This document shows positions 12,117 to 23,740 of a DNA stretch of 40,809 nucleotides, piece by piece (position 1 is the first letter of the stretch; each line of letters starts with the position of its first letter). The notes beneath the pieces are model-generated. The model was not told the origin of the DNA and did not search any database. It saw only the letters and a program-made list of their open reading frames with translations. A program made the position numbers and the translations under genes. Source of the stretch: Halocafeteria seosinensis (lineage: Eukaryota); assembly GCA_001687465.1 (NCBI GenBank), contig LVLI01000262.1, positions 1-40,809 of the forward strand, written 5' to 3'.

Positions 12117-13942
12117 ATGGCGGAGACTACGGGAGAGACTCCTCTGATTGATATTCACCATCATAATCATCATTCTCATGGTCATAACGACCATAAACAG
12201 TGCCCAGAGCATGGTCACAAGTCCTCCGAGGGGCCCTCGAAGGAAGGCAAAGACAACCGTCTGCCTGTGACGGTGCTATCAGGGTTCTTGGGAAGTGGGA
12301 AAACGACGCTCTTGAAACATATTTTGGAAAATAAGCAAGGACTTAAAGTGGCTTTGATAGTCAATGATATGAGTGAAGTACGTGATGAAGATGATGCCAA
12401 TTGATAGCTCTCCCTGTTTACGGTTGCGTTGTGGGTCACTCGGATGCAGATTAACATTGACGCCAACTTGATCAAGAATGACACAGCGACATCATTGAAT
12501 CAATCCCAAGAACGCATGGTCGAAATGCAGAATGGGTGTATTTGCTGTACGCTTCGCGAAGATCTGCTCGTGGAAATTCGAAAACTCGCAACCGACACAA
12601 CACGGCAGTTTGAATATCTCATCATCGAGAGCACGGGAATTTCTGAGCCGCTTCCTGTGGCGGAGACATTCACGTTCGAGGATGAGGAGGGATACGTACT
12701 AAGCAATGTCGCTCGCTTAGATACAATGGTTACAGTGGTAGATTCCGAAAATTGGTATGAGGTACGTTTCGTCGGGAGTGAAATCCAATGTGTAGTAGTA
12801 GACTTCGTACCCCTCTGTCAACGTTACAGGACTTCATGAGTGCCCAAAGGCTGAAGGATCGGGAAATGGAGGCTTTTGAACAAGATGAAAGGACGTTAGC
12901 CGATTTATTGACAGATCAGGTAAACAGATTAGGTACAGCTTAACTCTAAAGTACTGTTTTATCTTACTGAAGTCCTGTGGTGTTCGCTCAACAGATTGAA
13001 TTCGCAAATATTCTCCTTGTCAACAAGATTGACAGAGTGGATGTTGAGACACTCAACTCTTTAAAAGGGATTTTAGCAAAACTGAATCCAGATGCCAAAA
13101 TGATAGAGACAACTTACTCCAAGGTCGATTTGAAAGAAATATTAAATGCGAAACAGTTCAGTTTCGAAAAGGCTTCTCATGCTCCGGGGTGGTTGAAAGA
13201 ATTGAGGTAAGTTATTCTATCTTGGGGTACTATCTACCTTCACAACTGGCATAGTTTATCGTTACGTGTGTCCAGAGGCCAACACGTACCAGAAACTGAA
13301 GAATACGGCATTTCCTCCTTTGTATACCGAGCCAACCGCCCTTTTCATCCCAAGCGCCTCTACGATGTTGTAAGTTGTGCTATAAAACGCTTTGCCTCAA
13401 GAGAATCTGTTGCCTTAATTAGCTTGCTTATCTTTGGTGCCAGGTTCATAGCTCGGAGTCTTTCCAAGGGGTGATTCGCTCCAAGGGAGTGTGCTGGCTT
13501 GCCACCGCGAACGACGAAGTCTGCCATTGGGGTCATGCGGGACGACAATTTAGTTTCAGGCCAGGACAGTTCTGGTGGGGAGCTCTGGATGAAGAAGGCG
13601 ATTGCCCGCCGGAAATTAAGGCGAAGTTGCAGGATCGATGGGATCCGAAGTGGGGAGATCGAGTGACCGAGGTCGTGATTATTGGACGCAACATGGACAA
13701 ACACACTGTGAAGATTGCTTTAGACGATGCGCTCCTCACAGACGAAGAGTTCGCTGAAGGTATGGTGGTAGATTCCGGTGCTGGGTATTCCGATGTTAAG
13801 CATCATTCCCACTTATTTTATTCCCACTCAACTGGTGTGCCGTTTAATGCTCGCAGATCCCGAAGTTTGGGAGCGCTATGAGGATCCTATAACTATTGAC
13901 TGGGAGGATAGCGGAGACGATGGGGAGGCTGAAAATGCCTGA
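12117..13942 (+). CDS. CobW/COG0523 (ZNG1/YciC-like) metal-chaperone GTPase
   Basis: [53 protein letters not shown] and WGDR across several GT-AG introns; His-rich N-terminus. Confidence 0.95.
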
Positions 13943-14757
13943 GTGGTTTACTGATGCCGTACGGAGTGTATTTTTGATTCACAAGGTGTGACTTCGAAGC
14001 AGGAACAGTCGCTGGAAGAAGCCGGAAGTCGGGACTCTGAAAGACGGGTCTTGAGTTAGTCTCTCCTGTTTTTGGAAGGGCTCGGAGAGCGCAACCTCTC
14101 CTGATTCCTGGTTGTGGGCGCAGTAAAGCGTGAAGTTCAAGTCGGACTTGCCTCGACATTGTCCGAGTCGACAACATGAAGCCAGAGTGATGGGTCTCGT
14201 GATGAATGTAGTTACACACAGTTCGTATAAATACAAACATCCCAACATCCTAATGTCCATGGATGTTATGGATGATTGATTTCGTCATGTAGATCTTCTT
14301 GCCACTTTGTGTTACAGTGGAAATCACTTAGAGTAATTCGTACATGCTACACGTCAGAGTGCTGGCAGCCCTAGGAAGACCATTTGCACGGCACAGGTGG
14401 TACTACCAGGTGCATACTGTCGCGACCTCGCGGTGCGAATCGCATCTCTTGAAGCCGTTGTACCACACACACCCGCAACTGGTTCGTTAGCGGATTGTTA
14501 TACACTTCACTTGTATCCACCTTTCTTGGATATGCAACACTCTCACTGTTGTTGTTAAAACGTGGTTCCTGCATAGTTTGTTTATGAAGGTAAGTTCCTA
14601 AAAACGCTTGGTGATGAGTTCCATCTCCCCTGCAGGTACACGGTTGTTCGACCTACACGTGTTCGTCTACAGGTGTCATTTAACTCACCGTTCAATTCCA
14701 GGTCTACAAAGCAACTCTTTTGGAACCATTAGTACCATCAAATAATCTGTATGGACA

Positions 14758-15439
14758 ATGGGAAGCACCGCTCACGATGATGCTCTTCCTGGTATGACAT
14801 TCGTCCTAGAGAGAGGCGGAGGTGGCCGGGGTGCGTCAGATGGGTCGAGCGCGGAGATGCAATTAGGGACAAGCCCAAGCACACCATCAGCAATTGGACC
14901 TAATGGACTGAGCTTTGACCACACTTTTACAGGGGGAAATACTGAGGGTTTTCCATTGTGCACTATTAGTAGTTCCAACGTAAGTGTGGACAGCGAACCG
15001 TTCCGGAGCGGGCGAGAAATGCAAGGATCGTCAGCCAACTCCGGAGCCCAGCGAAGAGCGTCGATTGGAAAGCGTAACAGACCTTCAAACGAAGAGTTAG
15101 AACGAATTGCTGCTGGAAATGGGTAAGCATAAAGATTTTAAGCATGCCTGCTATAAGTGGGTGTTACAACGTCGATACACGTGCTGCAGACCGGAAGCCC
15201 GTCAAGCGGCGCGTCAACTGAAGAACAGATACAGCGCCGCGAAGAGCAGACTGCGCAAAGAAGCAGAAATTAAGCAGCTTCGGGTAGAACTGGATCAACT
15301 GAGAAAAGATGTGGAAGAAAAAGATCAACTCTTGTATCGCAAGGACGCAGTTATTCAATACCTGAGTGAAAAACTTGAGATGTATGAATCTCTGGAATCT
15401 TTCAGTCACCCAGCACATTCAAAAGCTCGGAAGACATAG
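14758..15439 (+). CDS. bZIP transcription factor
   Basis: Intron ~15123-15189 joins the ORFs; basic region RQLKNRYSAAKSRLRK followed by a heptad zipper (IKQLRVELDQLRKDVEEKDQLL). Confidence 0.85.
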
Positions 15440-16366
15440 CCGTTTCGAGAAAACGATGGCTGCTATAATGACTAATTACAGTTGTACAGAAATATTTTCA
15501 ATCGTATCCTGTCTTGCGGTTAAGTAAACTAAGGAGTGCGATACTGTGTGATGATGACTGCAATTCCTACCAGCTCTCGTCCTGCGCCAGGCTACATTGA
15601 AGAATGGAGGTAGTGTTAAACTTGGTCGCATGTATCCTTCTCTTATTAAAGGGTCCCGGAACTGCGGGCACCGGGGTATAGTTGGCACTTACAGCAGTAG
15701 TCACTCAGGGCACGATCCGACGATCAATCAATCGTTGGCGACTCAATCTGAGCGACTGCACTTGCCAGAAATTTCATGATCCTCTCGCTGCTGTTTCAAT
15801 AATACAGTGAATACAAGATAAAACTACTATGGTCATTTATGGGGATTTATGCTACATGGTAAAATACTGAGTGAATTGTGTGCACAGAGGTTGATTCCAG
15901 CTGCGCTGCTGTTTACACCATTGAGGCCTACCATAGGATACCATAGCCTAAACATGCTTCAAGGCGATTCCCAACTAGCACGACCATCAATAGTACTTGC
16001 GTATGGTCTTCTGTATTGGGTGACAGTGTGTAATGGGGTGATGCATCAGCCAACGTGACACTGATAACGTGACACTGATGACGTTGTCTGGTTAGGCAAT
16101 GCAGGCAATCCTCGGCATTCTCGTTGCCGATGAATAATGCACAACAATTAAAGAGTCCTATTGTATCTACCAACTTATTAGAATGGAAGAGATCATTGAT
16201 GAGCAGATACACCTTCAGCCGCGATTATACTTCCTCCAACAAATGATTGTCGCTCTTGGAGCGACAGAAATTTACAGGTAGGAAAGCACTCTTAACATAA
16301 CACACGAAGCTTGTTTAGTTGAGGCAGATAAAGGAGTGAACATTCTAGTCCAGACCCTCTGGCAGA

Positions 16367-17686
16367 ATGGCGGATCAAGCGTGCTCCTCTGCAGCCGCAT
16401 CTGCTGCAACACAGCAGCAAAATCACGGCCACGGAGGACTTCCATGGGATAAAGTAAGGCCTTATTTAAAGCTTCTTCGGAAGGCAGCAAAGAACCCTAG
16501 TCCCTCAAACACGCTACCGGGAGGTCAGTTCAGCTCATTGACGAACCCGGAGACCTTTCGAAAGACCATGTATAAAGATTTGCCGGAGCAGGAATTGGAA
16601 CGACTCCCTAAGACGCTCGAAGATTTACTACATGATGACAACTTCGTCAATGACGCGCCGACTATAATTCCTCGTGCATATGAAAGAGCGCGAAAAGTAC
16701 TACATAATGTGAAAACGAAAGCTTTTAGCAAGCAAGGGCAAACAATGGATGCCGAGACGGAAAAGTCCCTGTGGCCAGCAATATTTTGCGAGGGCTTTGC
16801 AGCCGAACTGGGAGCCATCATGTGTGAGAGCATTCAGATGCGTCAAGCTATACAGTCACGCTTGTCTACTCCTCACGAAGTTGCTTCGTCGAAATATTCG
16901 AGAATGACCATGGTGAAACCTGAAGAATTGGACAATCTGTTTGATTCGAGCCGTGCTAGAGGATGGCTTCCTGACTGGCAAACCCCCGGATGGGATACGC
17001 TATTCGCTATAGATGCAGCCCGTCTGTTTCGATACAGGAATGCTAGCAAGAAAGAGAGCTTGAGGTCGAAAGAAGCGTTCAATCAGGTGGTCAGAGATCC
17101 CACCACGGGGTCAGCCGGTCTACTGAAGGCATCGGTTATAGATGTTAGCAAAATGGCGGTCTCGGAGTTGAAGGAGAAATACCCTGGTTTGCACGCCGCG
17201 TATGCAAAGCAGATGCTAATTCCCTTTGATCTAAACCAATATTCCTTCGAGGCCGACGATGGTGCGCGTGTGAATCTCAGACTGTGCTCATTGACAGAGG
17301 GATGTTCGCATGTGGTGAAGTTGGACTGGCAACCATCTTCGTTTGATTCTCAAGATTTAGAAGAAGTTTCTAATAACGGTTTTTTTGTGAAAGATGTTTT
17401 GAGTCTTCCTTTGAAGTCGGTATCCAACAAGCACTCACTTCTCTTGGAGAGTTTTGTTGCTGTACATGCCGTGAGCCAGATGGTATCGGCCAACAGTGAA
17501 GGACTCTCAGCCCGATGGAGATCGGAAGATAGCAGTATTCATACCGAACAGATCCCTACTAATTCGCTTCTCCTGTTTCGATCAAGCAAAACAGCGCTTG
17601 AATTAAGTGTAAATTGCTACTCGTCCACAGCAGCTGATGCGACATGGTTTCTCCTGATATCTTCAATACAGCCTTCACTAAAGTGA
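16367..17686 (+). CDS. Uncharacterised 439-aa protein (possibly a divergent 2OG-Fe(II) oxygenase-like fold)
   Basis: Long uninterrupted ORF. A possible upstream exon (ATG ~16182, donor ~16278) could extend it. The fold guess rests only on a weak resemblance around YPGLHAAYAKQMLIPFDLN. Confidence 0.7.
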   Translation: MADQACSSAAASAATQQQNHGHGGLPWDKVRPYLKLLRKAAKNPSPSNTLPGGQFSSLTNPETFRKTMYKDLPEQELERLPKTLEDLLHDDNFVNDAPTIIPRAYERARKVLHNVKTKAFSKQGQTMDAETEKSLWPAIFCEGFAAELGAIMCESIQMRQAIQSRLSTPHEVASSKYSRMTMVKPEELDNLFDSSRARGWLPDWQTPGWDTLFAIDAARLFRYRNASKKESLRSKEAFNQVVRDPTTGSAGLLKASVIDVSKMAVSELKEKYPGLHAAYAKQMLIPFDLNQYSFEADDGARVNLRLCSLTEGCSHVVKLDWQPSSFDSQDLEEVSNNGFFVKDVLSLPLKSVSNKHSLLLESFVAVHAVSQMVSANSEGLSARWRSEDSSIHTEQIPTNSLLLFRSSKTALELSVNCYSSTAADATWFLLISSIQPSLK

Positions 17687-17817
17687 TTACGACTACCTGT
17701 ATGGGAGTGTTATTGTTTGTCATTTATATCCGGAATTTCCCGGGGGACAGCTTCAGCACGTGAATCAATTTAATGGCTACAGCTTTCGTGCTTAGTATAC
17801 CTATGAGAATTGTTGAC

Positions 17818-18749
17818 TCAGTTCTTGCAAGTCACGTAACTGAAGTCGAAAGTGCCAGAGATGATTTCGTGACCACTTTTTGGAAAGCATTCCTGGAAGT
17901 TTTGCTTGGAACCAATGTCCAGGCAGCCTTGCAAGCCGAGGTGCAGTGTCAAAGCATGTTGCTCTCCTTCCACCGAGTACGGGACGGTTGCTCCTACCTC
18001 ACCTGGAATAAGTAACATGACTCACAGTCAATGGTTTGAAACTGGCACTGTAAATTAGAAAATGATTGTTATCACGTACCGACGTGTGGAATACTCCACG
18101 AAATTCCTGGGATGTCCCATCGCCCAGAGGCGCTTAGCTGTAGAGGCCGAGCATAGGAATAATACAATAACTTGAGACGATACAGCGAACACCATACCTT
18201 CTTGTGATAGCCGACTCCCATATTTTTGTCCTTAACAAACATGTCCACGTTGATCGGATCACTGCAGACGTTAATGTTAATACCGACCTCAAAATCCTGA
18301 CCCTCTATTGATTTGTCGCAGTGAATTTGCCGGCAGTCGTGGGAGACGGAGCACTCGGCTGTACGGAGCCAAATATCAAAATGCTTGCGCGGACAAAAGA
18401 GGAGAGCTTTCTGCTTTACTTACATGGTAAGTGACGGGTGATGAAGTCACAGACTCGTCCTTCTACGGGATCTTCGCCGCTGCAGAATGCATCCGTTGGG
18501 TGCGAGTGGAGAAAGGTGCTTCAACCCGAGATGTTTTAAGGGATGCATAACTTACCCTTCCGGCGGAGGCATGTAGCCCAGACTGGACATGTACATTTTC
18601 TTCGTCACCTGCATGTCGCGAGATTCTGAAAGTGGCGCGTCGACTTCATAGAAGCGCTTGTTCGGAGAGCCTCTCAGAGCTTCGGCTCCTCCTGCGAGGA
18701 AGCTCGCCGAGAGAGACAAGAACACACATTGCGCGACGCTAGATTTCAT
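17818..18749 (-). CDS. Secreted cysteine-containing protein of unknown function, 217 aa, 5 exons
   Basis: Exons 18749-18556, 18479-18424, 18358-18198, 18137-18080, 18002-17818 sum to 654 nt in one frame; signal peptide MKSSVAQCVFLSLSASFLAGGAEA; ends ...GTFDFSYVTCKN*. Confidence 0.8.
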
Positions 18750-19467
18750 TTTTATTTGAATCTCTCTTTGTCTGGACAACTATGCCGTTATCACAAACTA
18801 CAACTACTGGACTCCAACAATCCAGAACGCTCATGTACATTGGTAGGAGAAGAAATGCGCAGTACCGCTGCATCCCGAAGTTCACCCTGGGGTTGACACG
18901 TTGGAACTTAGAAGTCAGGTGAAGCAGTGCACCAAGCAAGGTCATGCTGGTCACAAGGAACCTTCCTTCCCGTGTTTATAGTAATATACACAACCATGTG
19001 TCCTATTCTCTTATCCCCTTTCCCTGCTTGAATTGTGCGTTTGGTTGGAATAGCTCGCGCGACCACCACGGCCCAATGCGAGAATGCGAGAAGGGTATGC
19101 GAGAATGGAGTTCCACCACACGGTTGCAAGTTGCAACCCTCCAGCCCAGAGAATCGAGGCATCGAGCTCGGTGGTTCCAGTACCTATCGCTCGACTCTCT
19201 CCATCTGTTTGAGCTCAATGACTAGCGAATGTTTCACTTCCAGTCTGAAGTTTCAGTGCCTGCCGACTTGCCAAGTTGCCAACTTGCCATGTACTGATTA
19301 ATTCTCCGAAAAGTATTCGGGCCGGATTACCCGAAATTCGGGTCTCTCACATCCACTTGGACACCATGTGCATTTGACGAGGTTTGATGAGGATTCTCTC
19401 GTATCACACAAGGCAGAAACATTAATTGGCTGTGAGTAAACGCGTATATAGAACTGTAAAAGATAAT

Positions 19468-19858
19468 ATGAGCTCGCCCATGCCTAGACCGAGGCTTGTT
19501 CGGTGGCAACTAGCCCTTGCACGCACTGTTAGACCCGGTAAGTCCTCGCTACATCTTCATATCTGCATTTCTCTGTATTTGCGTAGATGCTCCATGATTC
19601 CAAACACTTTATGGAGGTTGGTAGGAAGTCTAGAACTAAGGTATCTGGCAGCCCCTTCTGACTCTCCTTGAGCAAAACTACAAAAAGCCTAAGATGGACT
19701 CATTACATTTGGTGCATTGGAAATGATACGCAGCTTTTTTCATGGCACCTGCCGGAGGATTATTCGCATTATGGCTTTCTTACCCAGCTTGGACAGATAA
19801 CTTCAAGCACAGGTTACTGCCGTCTGTATTCCCGAATCCCGAAGAAGAGGAGGAGTAG
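19468..19858 (+). CDS. 64-aa single-pass membrane microprotein (candidate small mitochondrial respiratory-complex subunit)
   Basis: Exons 19468-19537 and 19734-19858 (GTAAGT...CGCAG) give MSSPMPRPRLVRWQLALARTVRPAFFMAPAGGLFALWLSYPAWTDNFKHRLLPSVFPNPEEEEE*. Confidence 0.6.
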
Positions 19859-20302
19859 AATCAGTACGATCACCAAATGGGTGTTTTTTCAGCAGGAGAT
19901 AGTGACATGGGTATAGGAGCAGAATTGGATCAGATGATTGAATAAGAGGAAGCTGAAATACCTGCAGTAGGATTGGTTCCCTGGATAGACAATTAGACAT
20001 TTCAGAATCTACAGTTCGCCCCACCAGTTTGGCATGGTGGAGACTGAATATTTACATCACACTTGGAATGCATTAATGATATTTTATCACTATATGGTTT
20101 ACCACCCAATGAGAGGCCATTAGACAACCGTTTGCTTCGTTATCCGACTGCGATGGCTCCAAGAGGCAGGTTGGTCAGGCCAGCGAGCAACCTGGAAGCG
20201 GTGGGAGAATCGCTTTGGTCCCCCCTCGGAGGCGCTAGGTGACCACTCAGCTCAGTGATCCATTCTACGTAACGTAGACAAAACCGACCCAAGTACTTGG
20301 AA

Positions 20303-20505
20303 GCACTGCAATTACGTCTCTCTCCTTGTCAAAAATTAGTCATGAGACAGCCATTTCACCTTGCTTCATCGCCCTATCCAAGATACAGGGACACTAGTCA
20401 GATCGCACTGCAATTACGCTCTCTCCTTGTCCACAATTAGTCACGAGACAGCCATTTCACCTTGCTTCATCGCCCTGTCCATGATACAGGGACACTAGTC
20501 AGATC
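20303..20505. repeat. Imperfect tandem duplication, 2 copies of ~102 bp
   Basis: GCACTGCAATTACG...GACACTAGTCAGATC at 20303-20404 and 20405-20505, differing by a few substitutions and a 1-nt indel. Confidence 0.95.
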
Positions 20506-21310
20506 GCTCCCAAGGGCGGGAACTGCCCGTAAGGAATTCAGTCGTAGATTCAATAGTCCTCGGGTGATACAGCAGAAAGCAATGTGACGCGGGGACGGTT
20601 TCGAAGAAGTGCGGAGTCTGCAGTCTCGTTTCCGACAGGAGTACACGACCATCATGTGCGTCTATACCTGATAAAATGGGATTCCAGCCACGAGTACCAG
20701 CAATGACTAATACCTTGCAAGATTTTGGTAACTCTCCTGCAACTGTCTCACACAAAGTTTCAACAATACCGTCGGTATACGATACAACAATACATGAATG
20801 AGACTTACAGGAATCCATATAGTCCGGCTCCCATTCTCCTAGCTCCTTTCCTGATTTTCGTCCCAGTGCTGATGTCCCCAGGTGGCATTGGAAGAGTCTT
20901 CTCGCGAAATAAGATCCTCGGTTGGGCGGTGCAATCATGACGATACGAGAGCTCTGGCCCTCCCAATCGAGTTTCTGAAGAGCTTTTCGCAGTACCAACG
21001 CACCATAGGAGTGGGTCAGAAAGTGCGTCGCGTTCACCTCTGAATGGCTCTTATGCCTCCGCAGCACTTCCGCCAAATCATTTGCGTGCTCATCCAATGT
21101 GAATGCTCGAGGATAATAAAAGTACGGCAGCACATTGAATCGATTCTGTTTCCATATTCCGTACTGGAGCCGCAAAAGCTGGTGGGGACGCCCGTAGAAC
21201 CCGTTAATGGTGATGACGGAAGGCCTGGTCAGATTGTACTGGAAGTCTCGTTGTATATTATAGGTGCTCGTGGTTAACCTTGCCGTCACGCCATTGCCCA
21301 CGAGTTTCAT
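20495..21310 (-). CDS. Alpha/beta hydrolase (lipase/esterase-like)
   Basis: Oxyanion INGFYG, nucleophile elbow THSYG, MIAPPNRGS, VIAGT, HDGRV, ASH. One probable in-frame intron (~20807-20736). Confidence 0.85.
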   Translation of the reverse strand: MKLVGNGVTARLTTSTYNIQRDFQYNLTRPSVITINGFYGRPHQLLRLQYGIWKQNRFNVLPYFYYPRAFTLDEHANDLAEVLRRHKSHSEVNATHFLTHSYGALVLRKALQKLDWEGQSSRIVMIAPPNRGSYFARRLFQCHLGTSALGRKSGKELGEWEPDYMDSCKSHSCIVVSYTDGIVETLCETVAGELPKSCKVLVIAGTRGWNPILSGIDAHDGRVLLSETRLQTPHFFETVPASHCFLLYHPRTIESTTEFLTGSSRPWERSD

Positions 21311-21647
21311 TCTCCTCTCATTCTTCTTCGTACAACCATGCCAGCATCGCCACCGACGTCCTACACATTACTCCTACATCAATTCCTACACACACGTTGT
21401 ACGGTAATATCACGTACACAGTGGGTTTGGACGAAGATAGAGCGCGATAGTGAATGAAGACACGACAAACATTTCGTCGACTTTACTCTCCTGTGCTATT
21501 TCCCCCGACGATAAAGCACCATCCGAGCAAATAGAGGAAGGCTTGATAGGGCCATTATATCCTTTGTTATGTATATCATGATATCTGCTTGTGGGAAGTA
21601 GGACAGAGGACCGAAAACTTGACGGGGAGGACGACAACGCCACCTCC

Positions 21648-23625
21648 ATGAGTTCCAAATCTTGTACATTCAGCCCTTTATCGGGCTCTAGAGACATATG
21701 TATGCCCACTTCTCCATATGCTTCCAATGTACAGAGACGGGAACGAAGATATGGCGCCAAAGGGATGGAAAATAGAAGTGTTTTAGCGGTATTTATGGCT
21801 CTGGGAGCTGCTTTGCTATGGTCTGGGCAAGATATTCAGCAAGGGATTATTGCTCCACAAGGCTATATGAGTGCCCCCAAAGCTACATCAAACATCGTTG
21901 GTTTGGAAACAGAGAGAAAGACAGCGTTCTCCTTTATCGCTTTGGCGTCAGCGGAGGAAGCAGCCCCAGAGGAGGATAAAAACGTGGACCCGAATGGTCA
22001 GAATCAGCAGGACAATGGTAATAATGGCGAAGAAGCTCAGCAAGATAACAATGAGGAAGCTGCAAAGCAAGGAGGGGATGGTAACAACCAAGAACAACAA
22101 GAGCAACAACCGAACCAGCAAGAGCAAGAGGAACAGAAACGGCAGGAAGAAGAACGTCAAAGACAGCACGATGAAGAAGAGCGAAGAAAGTTAGAGGAAA
22201 TACAACAGAGGCAACAAGAAGAACGAGACCGACAGGAAGAGCAACAGCAGCAGCAACAGCAGGAGGAGCAACAACAACAGGAGCAGGAGCACCAGCAACA
22301 AGACCAAGAGCAGGAGCAACAACAGGAGCAGGAGCAGCAACAACAACAGGAACAGCAACAACAGGACCAAGAGCAGCAACAACGACAGGAGCAGGAGCAG
22401 CAACAACAACAGCAGGAACAGGAGGAGCAGCAACAACAACAGCAAGAGCAGGAGCAGCAGCAACAACAACAGCAAGAGCAGGAGCAGCAGCAACAACAAC
22501 AGCAGCAGCAGCAACAACAACAAGAGGGACAAAAATCTGAAGAGGAAAAATGGCGGGAAGAAAAGAGACAGCAAGCTGAAGAGGATGAAAAGGCCAAGAA
22601 AGGTGAGCATCCTCCTCCTGTCGCGCGGCCCGAAGATGAGCAGCAACAAAACTCTGAAGGCTCAACCGAAACTAAGCGCGGAAATCCCCCACGTCCCATG
22701 ACAATCGATAAGACTGTCCGGCGACGGTCTAAACCCGGTAAGGGAGAGCGCAAAGAACCTGAAACTATACTGGATGATGATGATTTGGACGAGGAAGATG
22801 AAGAAGGCCATGGCGAGATCCATTCGTCAGCGTGGCAACCCAACAACCTGCTTACTTTCATTTTACAAGCGGGGGAGAAAACGGAATTTTTTGAGGATGT
22901 AGGTATCTTTTCTTTGTTTTTCTAACATCTGACATCTGTTTTACTGTGTAACTTCTCGCAGGTATCCGATGAGGAAGAAGGGGTGATTATTAGAGGCGAC
23001 TTCTTCGTTAGTGCCGGAGACGAATTCACTGTACTTGTTGACATTGTTGACCCAGATGGTGAAGTTATATATGAATCCGAACCTATACCACAGGGTGACT
23101 TCAAATTCTTTTCCAAGTAGGTTTTCAACGCCGTGTGCGATATTAGTCCAATGAGTACAGTGCACTATCCCTCTTGGTTCCCAGGCAAGGAGACTATCGA
23201 ATTATTTTTACTAACCCAAGTGCTACAAGCCCGCGAGTTGTAACTCTGGCTTTCTTGAAGGGGTCAGATGAAGACGATGCCTTGTGGAAATATGCGAAGC
23301 ATGAAGATACCGATCAGTTGGTTAAGAAGATCTCTGCGGTACACCAGAAATTGGACCCTTTAATTGCTAATCTACACTATAGTGATGTTCACTTCAGGCG
23401 ACACTTACAAAGTGAGTTTGCCCTTTATTCGCTATTCTTTTCGTCCTTGTATTTCGGATGATGTATGCTCTGTCGGCATCTGCAGCTCAAGGTAGCACCA
23501 ACCAGAGGGTTGTTTGGTTTACCCTCCTGGAGACCTTTGTCTTGCTGTCAGTGATGCTCACTCAGGTGATTCTTATTCGGCGTTTGAACCTGGACGGTGC
23601 AAATTATGGAAAGAGCATTGTCTAG
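21648..23625 (+). CDS. p24/TMED (GOLD-domain) protein with a large Gln/Glu-rich N-terminal insertion
   Basis: After the Q/E tract, spliced exons give LTFILQAGEKTEFFED...DPDGEVIY...QGDYRIIFTN...HFRRHLQTQGSTNQRVVWFTLLETFVLLSVMLTQVILIRRL...SIV*: GOLD domain, coiled coil, TM and short tail. Start may be 21648 or 21765. Confidence 0.85.
22087..22525 (+). repeat. CAG/CAA/GAG low-complexity coding repeat (polyQ/E)
   Basis: Includes a perfect 30-nt tandem duplication at 22441-22500. Confidence 0.95.
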
Positions 23626-23740
23626 GTTCCGGAAACGATTAAGTTGTTAGTTTAGTTTACATTAATACAATGCAAAGCAAGGAAACGTTGTACAACTAGT
23701 GAGGTACATTCTTCTTTTTGTCGTGGTTTTCCGTCTCGGC

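Noticed and set aside
19590..19675. Possible C/D snoRNA in the 196-nt intron
   Set aside because: Box C is imperfect (ATGATT) and there is no convincing terminal stem next to CTGA.
19742..20047. Frame that seems to continue through TAG/TAA stops, suggesting a reassigned genetic code or a pseudogene
   Set aside because: Explained by the spliced 64-aa gene ending at TAG 19858; conserved genes here (DLST, carboxypeptidase, HYPK) end at TAG normally.
20167..20194. GGTCAGG...AGCAACC resembling SRP RNA helix 8
   Set aside because: The apical stem with GNRA loop is missing and no Alu domain is evident.
20303..20505. Repeat considered as a CRISPR array or LTR pair
   Set aside because: Two abutting copies with no spacers and no internal element.
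21934..22861. Poly-Cys, poly-Leu and poly-Val/Ala ORFs on the - strand
   Set aside because: Antisense shadows of the CAG/CAA repeat in the p24 gene.
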